Source: Candidatus Woesearchaeota archaeon (lineage in GTDB: Archaea; Nanobdellota; Nanobdellia; Woesearchaeales; ARS49). Taken from it: a stretch of 38,429 nt of DNA. This document shows positions 26,156 to 36,095 of this stretch, piece after piece. The notes under the pieces were generated by a model. That model was not told the origin of the DNA, ran no database searches, and saw nothing but the letters and a program-made list of their open reading frames with translations. A program made the translations under genes and the position numbers. Numbering within the stretch: the stretch's first letter is position 1; the number at the start of each line of letters is the position of its first letter. The stretch lies in the NCBI GenBank assembly GCA_016188265.1, contig JACPID010000023.1:1-38429 (forward strand), in the 5' to 3' direction.

Positions 26156-27351
26156 GAGCTTAACCAGATTATTTCTTTTTCATCTAATTCAAGTTCTTCT
26201 TCTAACTTTGTTAAAAATTTTTTGTTATTTTTTGCAATATTTTTAATCATTGGAATTTCACGAATTATTTTCTTTTTAGAACAGTGCATGAAATTGCTTA
26301 ATTTTTCTGCTAAACTTTTTTTACATGCATTTTTCATGTTTGCTTTCCAAATTTTCAAAATCCTCGTTGTTGGAGCATACCTTACAAATCCTTTTGATTT
26401 TTCTCTTTTTACAACAGCCACACCTGCAGTTATTAATGTATTAAAGTATGTTAAAAACCTCCAATGCTGTCTTTTTTTAATTCTTCCAAGATAAACATTT
26501 GCTTTACTTAACATATCATAAGCATCTATTAATTCTTTTCCCTTATACTCTTTAGGAAGGTTTTCATCTATCCATAATAGCAATGTTTCTGGAGTTTCAT
26601 CTACATAATCAAAAGCACTTACTGCAACAGATGGGTCTGTAGTTTTAAATATTTTAGCCAATGATTGAAGAATGCTTTCATTTTTGTTTCTTTGGTCTAT
26701 TATCTCAATAAATTCTTTTTTTAAAACACATTGTGAGGCAATGCTTTGAACATCATTTAATGCAGCGCGCAAATCTCCTCCAGCTCTTCTTGCAATAATT
26801 TTAAGATCTTCTTCTTCATAATTTATTGATTCTTTAGCACAAATCTCCTTCAGAATATTTGTTATTGTTCTATAATCCAAACCTGCAAAATTAATAAGAG
26901 TGCACTTGTTTCTAAGTGTTGAGAACTTTTTATCCCAAGGATCATTTGCAGTCATAATAATAGGATACTTTGAATTTTCAAGCAGCATTGCAAGTGTTGA
27001 AACCCCTCCCCTATCTTCGCTTCCAGAAACTCCATCTACTTCATCCACAAGAATGATTTTTCCAGAATTAAACAAAGAAATTTGCTGAAGTGCATTTCCT
27101 AATTTTTCTTTTAATGATGCAGTATTTCTAACATCACTTGCATTTACTTCAATAAGCTCCAATTTTAATTCTTTTGCAATTGCATGAACTGCACTGGTTT
27201 TTCCAGTTCCTGAAGGGCCATATAAAATAATTCCTTTCTTTTTTTGGTTATTAAAACTATGCAGAAACTGTTTTAATTGCGCAACTGCAGTTGGTTGAGG
27301 TATTTTTGAGCTTTCTTCTGGACGATATTTTTCAGAGAATGGCAAGCTCAT
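26152..27351 (-). CDS. rfcL: Replication factor C large subunit
   Basis: EKYRP, GPSGTGKT, EVNASD.R, LVDEVDG, GDLRAALND, WIDENLP. Confidence 0.95.
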   Translation of the reverse strand: MSLPFSEKYRPEESSKIPQPTAVAQLKQFLHSFNNQKKKGIILYGPSGTGKTSAVHAIAKELKLELIEVNASDVRNTASLKEKLGNALQQISLFNSGKIILVDEVDGVSGSEDRGGVSTLAMLLENSKYPIIMTANDPWDKKFSTLRNKCTLINFAGLDYRTITNILKEICAKESINYEEEDLKIIARRAGGDLRAALNDVQSIASQCVLKKEFIEIIDQRNKNESILQSLAKIFKTTDPSVAVSAFDYVDETPETLLLWIDENLPKEYKGKELIDAYDMLSKANVYLGRIKKRQHWRFLTYFNTLITAGVAVVKREKSKGFVRYAPTTRILKIWKANMKNACKKSLAEKLSNFMHCSKKKIIREIPMIKNIAKNNKKFLTKLEEELELDEKEIIWLSS

Positions 27352-27399
27352 ATAAGTATATAAAAAATACTAAGCTTTAAAAAAGTATGCAGTTTTACT

Positions 27400-29793
27400 A
27401 TGAGCATGATTGAGCCAAAACTAAAAGAAAAAAGTTGGATCAAAGATATAGAGCCTTTATTATATGAAGAATGGAAAAATTCTGAAATCTTTAGTTTTAA
27501 ACAATCTAAAAAAAAAATATTCAGCATTGACACCCCTCCTCCATATGTTAATACTCCTGTACATATAGGGCAAGTTACAACTTATGTTCTTATGGATATG
27601 TTTGCACGCTATAAACGCATGCAAGGCTTTAATGTTCTTTTTCCATTAGGCCTTGATAGAAATGGGCTTCCAATTGAGATGGCTGCTGAAAAAAAATTTG
27701 GCATTAAACTAACAGAACTGCCTAGAGAAAAAGCAGTTGAAGCATGCAAGAAAATTCTTGAAGAAGCAAGCATTGAAAGTGTTAAATCCTTTTTAAGATG
27801 CGGCATTAGTTTTAATTCGTGGAATATCGGCACAGGAATTGGAGAGGTTTATGAAACTGACAGTACTGATTATCGTGCTTTAACTCAAGAAACTTTTATT
27901 GATTTGTGGTCTAAAGGCCTTATTTTTGAAGATGATAGAATTAACAACTGGTGTCCAGGATGCCAAACCACTCTTGCTGATGCAGAAGTTGATTATGAAG
28001 AAAAACGATCTATATTTAATGATATAATATTCAAAGTTAAAGAAACAAGTGAAGAAATAATTATTGGAACTACACGCCCAGAACTTATCTCTACATGCGC
28101 AATGATTATTTTTCATCATGATGATGATAGGTATAAGCATCTTGATGGAAAAACAGCAGTAACACCTATTTTTAACAAATCAGTGCCAATAAAAGCGCAT
28201 CCTCAAGCAGATCCTGCAAAAGGAACTGGCATTGCAATGATGTGTTCTGCCGGCGATCTTGCTGACATACGTTTTTTTCGTGAAATGAATCTTGAACCAG
28301 TTATTGCTATTAATAAAAATGGAACAATGAACGAACATGCTGGATTTTTAAAAGGGCTTCAAGTTAAAGATGCTCGCCAAAAAATAATCAACGAATTAAA
28401 ATTAAAAAAACTTCTTGCCAAACAAACGCCTCTGCTTCACAGAACTCCAGTTTGTGAACGCAGTAAAGATGAAATAGAATTTATTGCAATGAATGAGTTC
28501 TATCTTAAACAAGTTGAGTTTAAAAAAGAAATGAAAAATCTTGCTGATAAAATAAACTTTTTTGATCGCACCAGCAAGCAGATTCTTTTAAGATGGATTG
28601 ATGATATTTCAATTGATTGGCCTATTTCTAGAAGAAGATATTATGCAACAGAAGTTCCTCTCTGGTATTGCAAAAAATGCAACACACCAGTTATTCCTCC
28701 TAAAGGCAAATACTATCAGCCATGGAAAGAAAAATGTCCTGTTAAAAAATGTGTAAAATGCAATACTTCTGATTTTAAAGGCGAAACCCGCGTATTTGAC
28801 ACTTGGTTTGATAGTTCTATTTCTCCACTATACATTCTTAAATGGAACAGAAATAATGAATTTTTCAAAAAATCAGCGCCATGCAGTTTAAGACCCCAAG
28901 GCAAAGAAATAATAAGAACATGGCTGTACTACACTCTACTTAAATGCTACTTATTAACTGAAGAATGCATTTTCAAAGATGCCTGGATTAATTACCACAT
29001 TGTTGATGAACATGGCCATAAAATGTCAAAATCAAAAGGCAATGGCATTGATCCAAAGGAGGTTCTTGATAAATTTGGCGCAGAACCATTTCGCCTCTGG
29101 GCAGCCATTGAAGGCAATCTTGAAAAAACTGATTTCAGATGCAGTTTTGAACGCATTGACGGTGCTGGCAAAACATTAACAAAATTATGGAATGTTTCTC
29201 GCTTTATTAGCATGTTTGATCAAGCAACTGCTCCTAAAAAATTACAACATCTTGATGAATGGATTCTTCATGAATTAAACCATATTGTTCAATTAGCTCT
29301 TGAAAGGTATAATGCATATGATTTTCATAATCCTTCTATAGCACTCAAACACTTTTTATGGGAAACTTTTGCTTCACACTATCTTGAATTAGTAAAAAAT
29401 CGTGCATATAATGATTCAGCTAAATTTAGCAACGAAGAAAAGCAAAGTGCATTATACACATTGCATACTTGCTTGAAAAGAATTCTTCGCTTGTGGGCTC
29501 CTGTTCTGCCATTTTTAACATACAAAATATTCAAAGATGTTTATAATGAGGATATTAATAAACTGCCTTTTCCAGATTTAAGTGAAGAATATAAAATCGG
29601 TTTTAAAACAGAAGAACTTATTGAACTAAACTCAGCTATTTGGAAGGCAAAAAAAGATAAAGGACTAAGCCTAAAATCAGAAGTAAAGTCTTTAGCACTT
29701 CCTGAAAAATTTAAACATATTAAAGCTGATTTAGCTGCTACTCACAATATTAAAAATATTTCTTACAATGAAAAACTAGAAATTTATTTTTAA
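27400..29793 (+). CDS. valS: Valine--tRNA ligase
   Basis: FSIDTPPPY, HIGQ (HIGH variant), TTRPE, DTWFDSS, RPQGKEIIRTW, KMSKSKGN. Confidence 0.95.
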   Translation: MSMIEPKLKEKSWIKDIEPLLYEEWKNSEIFSFKQSKKKIFSIDTPPPYVNTPVHIGQVTTYVLMDMFARYKRMQGFNVLFPLGLDRNGLPIEMAAEKKFGIKLTELPREKAVEACKKILEEASIESVKSFLRCGISFNSWNIGTGIGEVYETDSTDYRALTQETFIDLWSKGLIFEDDRINNWCPGCQTTLADAEVDYEEKRSIFNDIIFKVKETSEEIIIGTTRPELISTCAMIIFHHDDDRYKHLDGKTAVTPIFNKSVPIKAHPQADPAKGTGIAMMCSAGDLADIRFFREMNLEPVIAINKNGTMNEHAGFLKGLQVKDARQKIINELKLKKLLAKQTPLLHRTPVCERSKDEIEFIAMNEFYLKQVEFKKEMKNLADKINFFDRTSKQILLRWIDDISIDWPISRRRYYATEVPLWYCKKCNTPVIPPKGKYYQPWKEKCPVKKCVKCNTSDFKGETRVFDTWFDSSISPLYILKWNRNNEFFKKSAPCSLRPQGKEIIRTWLYYTLLKCYLLTEECIFKDAWINYHIVDEHGHKMSKSKGNGIDPKEVLDKFGAEPFRLWAAIEGNLEKTDFRCSFERIDGAGKTLTKLWNVSRFISMFDQATAPKKLQHLDEWILHELNHIVQLALERYNAYDFHNPSIALKHFLWETFASHYLELVKNRAYNDSAKFSNEEKQSALYTLHTCLKRILRLWAPVLPFLTYKIFKDVYNEDINKLPFPDLSEEYKIGFKTEELIELNSAIWKAKKDKGLSLKSEVKSLALPEKFKHIKADLAATHNIKNISYNEKLEIYF

Positions 29794-30230
29794 TGACGTT
29801 CTCTTCTTAGAAAATCCCCTAAATCAAAAACATTTTTAATAACTATTTTTTTATCTGAATAATACCCGTAACCCAAACATTCATCATGCTGATTTAAAAC
29901 TAGCACTAACTGGTTTTCAACTAATTTATCGCTTATTTTTACAACACTTTTTTTCATAACATCCCTTCCGCAAATAAACAACCATTCGCCTTTTTCATTC
30001 AGCCAAATTTTATTTTCACTAAATTTTGCAATTTCCTGAAGAAGCCAACTGCTAGGAATAAACTCTTTTTTTATCACACCCAAAAATTTTCCTGCATGCA
30101 CGAACTGCCTGTTGATTTTTTTTCTAATATTTTCCAAATCTTGAGGAATTTCAAAATATTCTGTTTTTAATGTTACAAAATCTTTTACAATTTCTACTTC
30201 TGTGAATTTTTTAATAAATTCTTTTAACAT
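29790..30230 (-). CDS. NIP7-like PUA-domain ribosome biogenesis protein
   Basis: EWLFICGRDV, VLVLNQHDECLGYG, DLGDFLRRE; last gene of the rRNA modification operon. Confidence 0.8.
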   Translation of the reverse strand: MLKEFIKKFTEVEIVKDFVTLKTEYFEIPQDLENIRKKINRQFVHAGKFLGVIKKEFIPSSWLLQEIAKFSENKIWLNEKGEWLFICGRDVMKKSVVKISDKLVENQLVLVLNQHDECLGYGYYSDKKIVIKNVFDLGDFLRRERH

Positions 30231-31108
30231 TTTCTTAATTTTGCAATAAAAAAACCCTCAGTGTTTGTTTTCCATGGCCAAAAACGCCTGCATTTTTTAA
30301 GTTCACTGCTAAGTTTTTTACCAAAAACATTTGCAAGACCATCATCTCCTATTGTTATATTAATATTTTCGAGTTTTACAGGCAAATTGTCCAGCGCCCA
30401 TTGAATGTTTAATTCATTTTCTTCAGGCTCAAGAGTACAGGTTGAGTAAACTAAAATGCCATCTTTTTTCAAAACATTTACACATGATTCAATTAATTTA
30501 CGCTGCATACCTGCACTTTTTTGCACGCCTTCAAAACTTCTTTTTTTAAACCAATTCATATCAGTTACATAATTTCCAGAACAAGGAGCGTCAAGCAGTA
30601 TTTTATCAAAAAGTAAGCTGTATTTTTTAATATTTCTTGCATCATCTTTGTATACAATCACATTTTCAGTTTGCATTCTTTCAACACTGCTTTTCAGTGC
30701 AATCAATCTATGTTGTTTAAGCTCAATTGCTACAATTGTGCCTTTATTTTTCATTAATTGGCTTATTTGAGTTGTTTTCCCTCCTGGAGCAGCACAAGCA
30801 TCAAGAATCAATTCATTGGACTTTGGATCCAGCACTTCAACTGGGATTTGAGCTGCAGACTCTTGAATGTAATAATATCCCAATAAATATTCTATAATTG
30901 CTCCTAATGAAAATTGAGACTTTTTAATCCAGTAGCCGTTTTTAGTAAAAGGAATTTTTTCAAGAACAACACCTTGTTTTTGAAGCCTTTTAAGAAGTTC
31001 TTCATGAGAAATTTTTTCATTATTTATTCTAATAGAAGGAAAAATATTGATAATTGGAATTTTACTTAATTTTTCACCTAATTGTTGATATCTCTGCAGG
31101 AAATTCAT
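30224..31108 (-). CDS. RsmB/NOP2-family RNA m5C methyltransferase
   Basis: YYIQE, DACAAPGGKTTQ, LLDAPCSG, VYSTCT..PEENE. Confidence 0.95.
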   Translation of the reverse strand: MNFLQRYQQLGEKLSKIPIINIFPSIRINNEKISHEELLKRLQKQGVVLEKIPFTKNGYWIKKSQFSLGAIIEYLLGYYYIQESAAQIPVEVLDPKSNELILDACAAPGGKTTQISQLMKNKGTIVAIELKQHRLIALKSSVERMQTENVIVYKDDARNIKKYSLLFDKILLDAPCSGNYVTDMNWFKKRSFEGVQKSAGMQRKLIESCVNVLKKDGILVYSTCTLEPEENELNIQWALDNLPVKLENINITIGDDGLANVFGKKLSSELKKCRRFWPWKTNTEGFFIAKLRKC

Positions 31109-31109
31109 T

Positions 31110-31790
31110 TCAATAACGCATTACAAACACCATATGATCTTTTTGAAAAGGTTCAAGTGTTGTTTTTGCTATAATTTTTAAATGTTTTTCTAACTCATGT
31201 TCTACTTCTTCAAAAACCTTTTTTGGCTCTTTTTTAACATCAATATTTCTAGCTTTAACTGTTAAAACACAATACGCTCCTTTTCTAGCAAACATTACAG
31301 TATTTCTTAAGAATATATCAACCTGGTTGCGTTGTGCAACATCTTGATAAAGCCATTCTACTTTAATAATACGCTCTTTATATAATTCAGGCTGGCTTGC
31401 ATCTGCTAGTATTGGAACTAGATTTTCTCTTTCTTCACACAAAAACAAAAACTCCCGCATTACCCTAGGAGCGCTTTCAACACAAAATACACACCCATTT
31501 TTTCCAACAATATCTGAAATATGCGATGCAGTAGTTCCTGTTGATGAACCAAGATATAAGCAAGTCATCTCTGGACGAACAAATAAATCTTTTATTCCTT
31601 TTTTTAATGCAGCTGCTAATTTACTATCTAAAGCATTCCACACCCTGTATTCTTTATTATTGATTGTTACTAGTTTTTCTCCATACACTTTTTTACCAGG
31701 AACCAGATTCAGTGTAATAAAATATTTATCTAACCTCCATACTCCTGAAAATAATTCTTTTACTTGATTTTTTGTTCTATTTTTTTCCGT
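31110..31790 (-). CDS. flpA: Fibrillarin-like rRNA/tRNA 2'-O-methyltransferase (start probably ACG 31790; first canonical start GTG 31688)
   Basis: NLVPGKKVYGE, SKLAAAL, LYLGSSTGTTASH, QDVAQRNQ, LEPFQKDH; homology extends upstream of GTG 31688. Confidence 0.9.
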   Translation of the reverse strand, partial: TEKNRTKNQVKELFSGVWRLDKYFITLNLVPGKKVYGEKLVTINNKEYRVWNALDSKLAAALKKGIKDLFVRPEMTCLYLGSSTGTTASHISDIVGKNGCVFCVESAPRVMREFLFLCEERENLVPILADASQPELYKERIIKVEWLYQDVAQRNQVDIFLRNTVMFARKGAYCVLTVKARNIDVKKEPKKVFEEVEHELEKHLKIIAKTTLEPFQKDHMVFVMRY

Positions 31791-32455
31791 AAATCCTCAC
31801 CTCTGAACTCTCCTTTAAAATAATCTAGACGAGCACAAATAGCAAGTTTATCTGCAACTAATTTTGCTGCTTTTCCTTTGTTTTTAGCTTTTTGAACCAA
31901 CGGGTGATTAAAAAGAAGCCCGTATTTTGGGCTTTTTGCTTTTTTTGCAAGATGCCTAAACAATGCTTTTTCTGCGCCAAGCAATTGAATTGTTGAAGCT
32001 GGCAGTTCTGCTAAATGCTTTAAAGAGCCTGCTTGCTTTATTATTTTCAAACCAAGAACATAACCTGCAAGTGCAGTAATATTTGGACAAATTTTTTTCA
32101 TTGATTCTTGAATATAGCCATCTATTTGTTTTTTTGCTTCACTAAATTCTTTCAAAAATCTAGCATTTTTCAACAAAATTTGTTTATGCTCTCCTTTAAT
32201 AACCCCCCCTAAACTTTCAATGGGCCTTTTATCTTTAATTACATCTTCAATAAAATTCCCCGGCTTTCTTTCTAATTCAGGATAATAATACCCATACCAT
32301 TCTTTAAATTTTGAAAAAATAACCTCTTGAACAGAATCAAGTGTTTCAAACATTGAAACTGCTTGAATCATAAGAATATCAGGAGTTACACTATTTCTCA
32401 ATGCATTTTCACTTAATTCAATATTCTTTTTCCTTAGATTTTTATCACAAACCAT
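31760..32455 (-). CDS. nop5: Nop5/Nop56-like C/D box RNP protein (short form)
   Basis: EWYGYYYPEL, PNITALAG, LPASTIQLLGAEKALF, PKYGLLF, AICARLDYF. Confidence 0.92.
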   Translation of the reverse strand: MVCDKNLRKKNIELSENALRNSVTPDILMIQAVSMFETLDSVQEVIFSKFKEWYGYYYPELERKPGNFIEDVIKDKRPIESLGGVIKGEHKQILLKNARFLKEFSEAKKQIDGYIQESMKKICPNITALAGYVLGLKIIKQAGSLKHLAELPASTIQLLGAEKALFRHLAKKAKSPKYGLLFNHPLVQKAKNKGKAAKLVADKLAICARLDYFKGEFRGEDLRKKIEQKIK

Positions 32456-32512
32456 TATAGAATACAGACTAATATAGCAAATCTTAAATATCTTTTTCTA
32501 TTTTTACTAAAT

Positions 32513-32956
32513 ATGCCAAGTTGCGACTTGTGCGGAAAACAAGAAAATCTGTTTATTGCTAATGTTGAAAGTGTTGAGATGACTGTTTGTTCTTCTTGCA
32601 GCTCTTTTGGAATAATCATCAAACCAATTAAAAAAATAATTACACCTAAAAAAACTGAAAAAAAGAAAAATGAAGCAGTTGAATACATTGTTGAAGATTC
32701 AAGCCAAAAAATAAGAATTATTAGGGAAAAATCCGGCCTTAATCAAGAAGATTTTGCTAAAAAACTTTCAATAAGAACCTCTTTACTGCAAAAAATTGAA
32801 ACAAACAATACAAGTTTAGACATACCTCTCGCTAGAAAACTTGAAAAACTACTTCACATAAATCTTATCGAGCAAAAATTAGAAGAATCTTCTGTTGAAA
32901 TTAAAAATAATAAATCTTCAGATACTATGACGGTAGGAGATGTTGTTAAGTTATGA
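32513..32956 (+). CDS. mbf1: Archaeal multiprotein bridging factor 1 (Zn ribbon plus HTH)
   Basis: CDLCG...VCSSC, REKSGLNQEDFA..KIE, C-terminal TVGD. Confidence 0.9.
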   Translation: MPSCDLCGKQENLFIANVESVEMTVCSSCSSFGIIIKPIKKIITPKKTEKKKNEAVEYIVEDSSQKIRIIREKSGLNQEDFAKKLSIRTSLLQKIETNNTSLDIPLARKLEKLLHINLIEQKLEESSVEIKNNKSSDTMTVGDVVKL

Positions 32957-32989
32957 AAGCACTAAAAAAAAGTAAATTATACTGAAGAG

Positions 32990-33790
32990 CTATTTTTGCA
33001 TTAACACAGCTCTATTTTCTTCCTGTTTTGATTTTTTTATCCTCAATAATCTTTCTAATTTAGCTTTAAGTCTTTGATCTTTAAAATTTTCACCAACTAA
33101 TGCCCCTGCTAGTTTCTTATACTCAACAACTGCCTCTGTTTTAGGAGCATGCAATGCTGCTGGCTTTGTCATGCTTAAAGATTCCATAAAATTAATTTCA
33201 TGAGGCAGCAAAGCCAAAACTGGCGTTTCTGCAGCTTCCTCAACATCAGCAATTGTCAACTCAAACTTTTTATTATAAACTCTATTAAGAATTAATCCTG
33301 TTATCGGTGTTCTTCTTCTTTTAGCAATTTTTACAGCATGCATTGTACAGCTCAAAGTAGGATAATCTGGCGTTGTTACAACTAATAATTCATCTGAAGC
33401 AATCATAACTGCCAGCATTTCATGATTCAGATTAGGACTAGAATCAATTAAGACTACGTCATAATTATTTTTTATTTTATCAACATACTGTTTTAATTGA
33501 AAATGTTTTATCTTACCACTGCCCCTCAGATCAGCTGGAAGAAAATCAAAACCATAACCAGTTGAAAGAACTGCTTTTTCTATTTTACAATTTTCCAACA
33601 GTACATCATGCAAGGTTTTTTTTGCATTAGTAATTCCTAAATGCAATCCTAAATTAGGAGCTGAAAAATTCGCATCAACTAATAAAACCTTTTTTTTAAA
33701 ATCATTAGCTAACACAGCTCCTAAATTAGCTACGGCTGTGGTTTTTCCTACACCGCCTTTTATTGCTATAACACCATAAACTTTACTCAT
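32990..33790 (-). CDS. MinD/ParA-family ATPase
   Basis: Deviant Walker A KGGVGKTT, LLVDAN, IDSSP, VVTTPD, ILNRV. Confidence 0.9.
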   Translation of the reverse strand: MSKVYGVIAIKGGVGKTTAVANLGAVLANDFKKKVLLVDANFSAPNLGLHLGITNAKKTLHDVLLENCKIEKAVLSTGYGFDFLPADLRGSGKIKHFQLKQYVDKIKNNYDVVLIDSSPNLNHEMLAVMIASDELLVVTTPDYPTLSCTMHAVKIAKRRRTPITGLILNRVYNKKFELTIADVEEAAETPVLALLPHEINFMESLSMTKPAALHAPKTEAVVEYKKLAGALVGENFKDQRLKAKLERLLRIKKSKQEENRAVLMQK

Positions 33791-33800
33791 AAATACCTCT

Positions 33801-34889
33801 TTACAATTTATATATATCCTTGAGATTTTTAATAATTTCCTTTTTCTTTTTAATTAATTGCACCTCTTCTTTATATCTGGGCAATAATTTATATCCTTCT
33901 TTTTTAGTACTTTCATAGGTTCTTCTGGTTGCTTTTACTATTTTTTTCCTTGTTTTAACTATTATTAATGATAAAGTTATTGAGAAGAATAAAATGCTTA
34001 TACTCAATGCATTTTTCTTAATTTTATCAGTTGCTAAACTTAATTTATTTTTAAATTCAAAACTTATGCTGTCTAATTCTACAAATGATTGTCCTGTTAA
34101 TAAGTTTCCTTTAGGATTAATTTCAATATAACTAAACACTTTTTCTTTAGCACTGCTTAATTTATTTTTAATTAATTTAAAACGGCTCGATAAATAATTC
34201 TTAACTTTGCTTAAAAGATTTTTTTTTTCAATTTTAGGAGAGCCTCCTTCCACTGCAATGCCAGGTTCTTCTAATTCCTCTTCAATTTCATACTCTTCTA
34301 TTTCTTCTTTTGTAAAACTAATTGTTTTTGGTTTTCGAGTTGCACGTTCATTTTCATCAAGCGCTTCTATTAAAAATACACCGCCTTTTTCACTATCTAA
34401 AACTTTTTCCAAAGTTACACTTAAATCATAAAAAAAGTTTTCATTAAGATCAAACTTTTGAGTTTTATTAACTTCAAACTTTACTGTTATTGGCTTGCTT
34501 GATATAGTTGCAATAGCTGTCTGAGTTTTCGCATCAGCACTTTCTACAATTATTGAATGTTTTGACTGATCCTTTAACATAAAAGGAAGTATTGCTTTAT
34601 CAAAAACCTTCCTTGATATTAGCACAGTTCTTAAAGTTGTACCTGCCTGCACTTTCAGTGTTGCATCACCTACTCTTGTTGGAGTCATTGCTCCTTTACC
34701 TGCTTCAACTCCTCCTGCGAAAGGTGCTTTTTTTTCTTCTGCTGTAGCTACAGGTTCTTCTTCTCCCTGGCCATAAAGCCCCATGCCATATCTTCCTGTT
34801 CCATAATTGCGTGCTTGAACTGTAACAATAAGCAATAAAAAAAGAAGTGAAAAAGTAAAGAATTTCTTTTTGCTAGTTCTAAATTGCAT
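33801..34889 (-). CDS. Exported, C-terminally anchored surface protein
   Basis: Signal peptide then YGTGRYGMGLYG; beta-rich domain; late TM helix with basic tail; AGAGG SD favours ATG 34889. Confidence 0.72.
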   Translation of the reverse strand: MQFRTSKKKFFTFSLLFLLLIVTVQARNYGTGRYGMGLYGQGEEEPVATAEEKKAPFAGGVEAGKGAMTPTRVGDATLKVQAGTTLRTVLISRKVFDKAILPFMLKDQSKHSIIVESADAKTQTAIATISSKPITVKFEVNKTQKFDLNENFFYDLSVTLEKVLDSEKGGVFLIEALDENERATRKPKTISFTKEEIEEYEIEEELEEPGIAVEGGSPKIEKKNLLSKVKNYLSSRFKLIKNKLSSAKEKVFSYIEINPKGNLLTGQSFVELDSISFEFKNKLSLATDKIKKNALSISILFFSITLSLIIVKTRKKIVKATRRTYESTKKEGYKLLPRYKEEVQLIKKKKEIIKNLKDIYKL

Positions 34890-34905
34890 TTTTCCTCTTT
34901 TATAC

Positions 34906-34926
34906 TTTAAACTATACGTGCACAAA
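34906..34926 (+). repeat. 21-bp direct repeat, copy 1 (TTTAAACTATACGTGCACAAA)
   Basis: Exact match to 36096..36116. Confidence 0.95.
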
Positions 34927-34939
34927 CCATGCAGATTGA

Positions 34940-35539
34940 TTATTTCATCTTTTCTAAAAAATAATTTGTTCCTTTTATAATCAGCCTTTGTGATGTTTTT
35001 TTTAGAGTCATAATAGATGCTTCTTTTTTTTTTATCAAATCTTTAAATTCTCTTTCTGATAAAATTAATGGATTTACTTCTTTTCCAGTGACTGTGGATA
35101 ATTGAGATATCTTGTTTTTAATTTCAAAATTCTTCTTTTTTACTACTAGCAGTATATCAATATCACTTTCTTCGGTAAAAGAAATTCTTGCATAACTTCC
35201 AAATAAAATACAGGTTAAGATATAACCATCAAAAAATAAGTTTGTTAGATGTTTTATTATGCTGTTAACTGTTTTGCTTTTTGTTTGTAACTTATAATCT
35301 TCTATAATTGCTGTCAACAAAGGATATTTATTTTGTGTTTTGTCAAAAGATATTAGAATTGTTTTTCCGGCTTTTTTTTCTTTCAAAAAAATTTTTAATT
35401 TTAGTAATGTTTTTTGTGCACTATATGGGTGAATTTTTAATTCTTTAGCTATATCTAACAAATGGTTTTCTTCCTTGTCATAAATTGTTTTTAAGATTTC
35501 TATTTTATTCTTTGTTAAAGGAATTAATTTTTCTATCAT
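34940..35539 (-). CDS. HTH plus minimal nucleotidyltransferase (MNT antitoxin-like)
   Basis: N-terminal HTH (HLLDIAKELKI); LFGSYAR....ESDIDILLV. Confidence 0.88.
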   Translation of the reverse strand: MIEKLIPLTKNKIEILKTIYDKEENHLLDIAKELKIHPYSAQKTLLKLKIFLKEKKAGKTILISFDKTQNKYPLLTAIIEDYKLQTKSKTVNSIIKHLTNLFFDGYILTCILFGSYARISFTEESDIDILLVVKKKNFEIKNKISQLSTVTGKEVNPLILSEREFKDLIKKKEASIMTLKKTSQRLIIKGTNYFLEKMK

Positions 35540-36033
35540 TCTATCTCTCCTAATAATTGTAATAATTGCCTTATTTCTTCAATTATTTTTTCTGATGGAA
35601 TTTTAACTTTTCTAAGTGTTTTTGGCAGGTAAAGATAATTATTCCGCGTAATTCTTATATTGGAAAGTTCTTCATAAAAAGAGTTTTTTGGCAATAGTTC
35701 AGCAAATAACTTATCTTTCTTCTTAAGCATTTGGTGAATTTGAGTTAATGTTTTTTCAGGAATTAATTTGTTTGAAAGCAGAGCAATTATAACACAATTA
35801 TGATCTTTTGAGTAAAATCCAAGCTTTTTTACTAAAATAGAATTACACATCAGAAATAAAGCCTGGTATGCTTTTGTTACCGCCCATCTGGGATTTTCTT
35901 CTTTTTTAGCAGAATCCACATCCTCGTACGCTAATTCCTGGTATTCTCTAAACAGGGAATTGTCTATTTTGACAAATTTTTTCTCACATTTTTTGTAAAC
36001 TTTTTCTAAAACTTCTTTTGTTTTTGGCAACAT
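35536..36033 (-). CDS. HEPN-domain protein
   Basis: WAVTKAYQALF, SKDHNC, RNNYLY (R-x4-Y); ATGA overlap with the MNT gene. Confidence 0.82.
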   Translation of the reverse strand: MLPKTKEVLEKVYKKCEKKFVKIDNSLFREYQELAYEDVDSAKKEENPRWAVTKAYQALFLMCNSILVKKLGFYSKDHNCVIIALLSNKLIPEKTLTQIHQMLKKKDKLFAELLPKNSFYEELSNIRITRNNYLYLPKTLRKVKIPSEKIIEEIRQLLQLLGEIE

Positions 36034-36048
36034 TATATTTTTTTATCG

Positions 36049-36083
36049 AGTTGTATATATGTACAACTTAAGTTGTATTTAAG
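36049..36083 (-). promoter_or_regulatory. HEPN-MNT promoter with palindromic operators
   Basis: Perfect 16-bp palindrome TACAACTTAAGTTGTA (36062-36077), extra half-site AGTTGTA (36049-36055), CTTAAATA TATA-like box (36076-36083). Confidence 0.7.
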
Positions 36084-36095
36084 TTTTGTTATTAA

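Noticed and set aside
27400..29793. HIGQ instead of HIGH as a sign of inactive ValRS
   Set aside because: All other motifs, including KMSKS, are intact; HIGH variants are common in class I synthetases.
32455..32688. 77-aa minus-strand ORF as the missing Nop5 N-terminus
   Set aside because: It is antisense to mbf1 and has no Nop5-like sequence.
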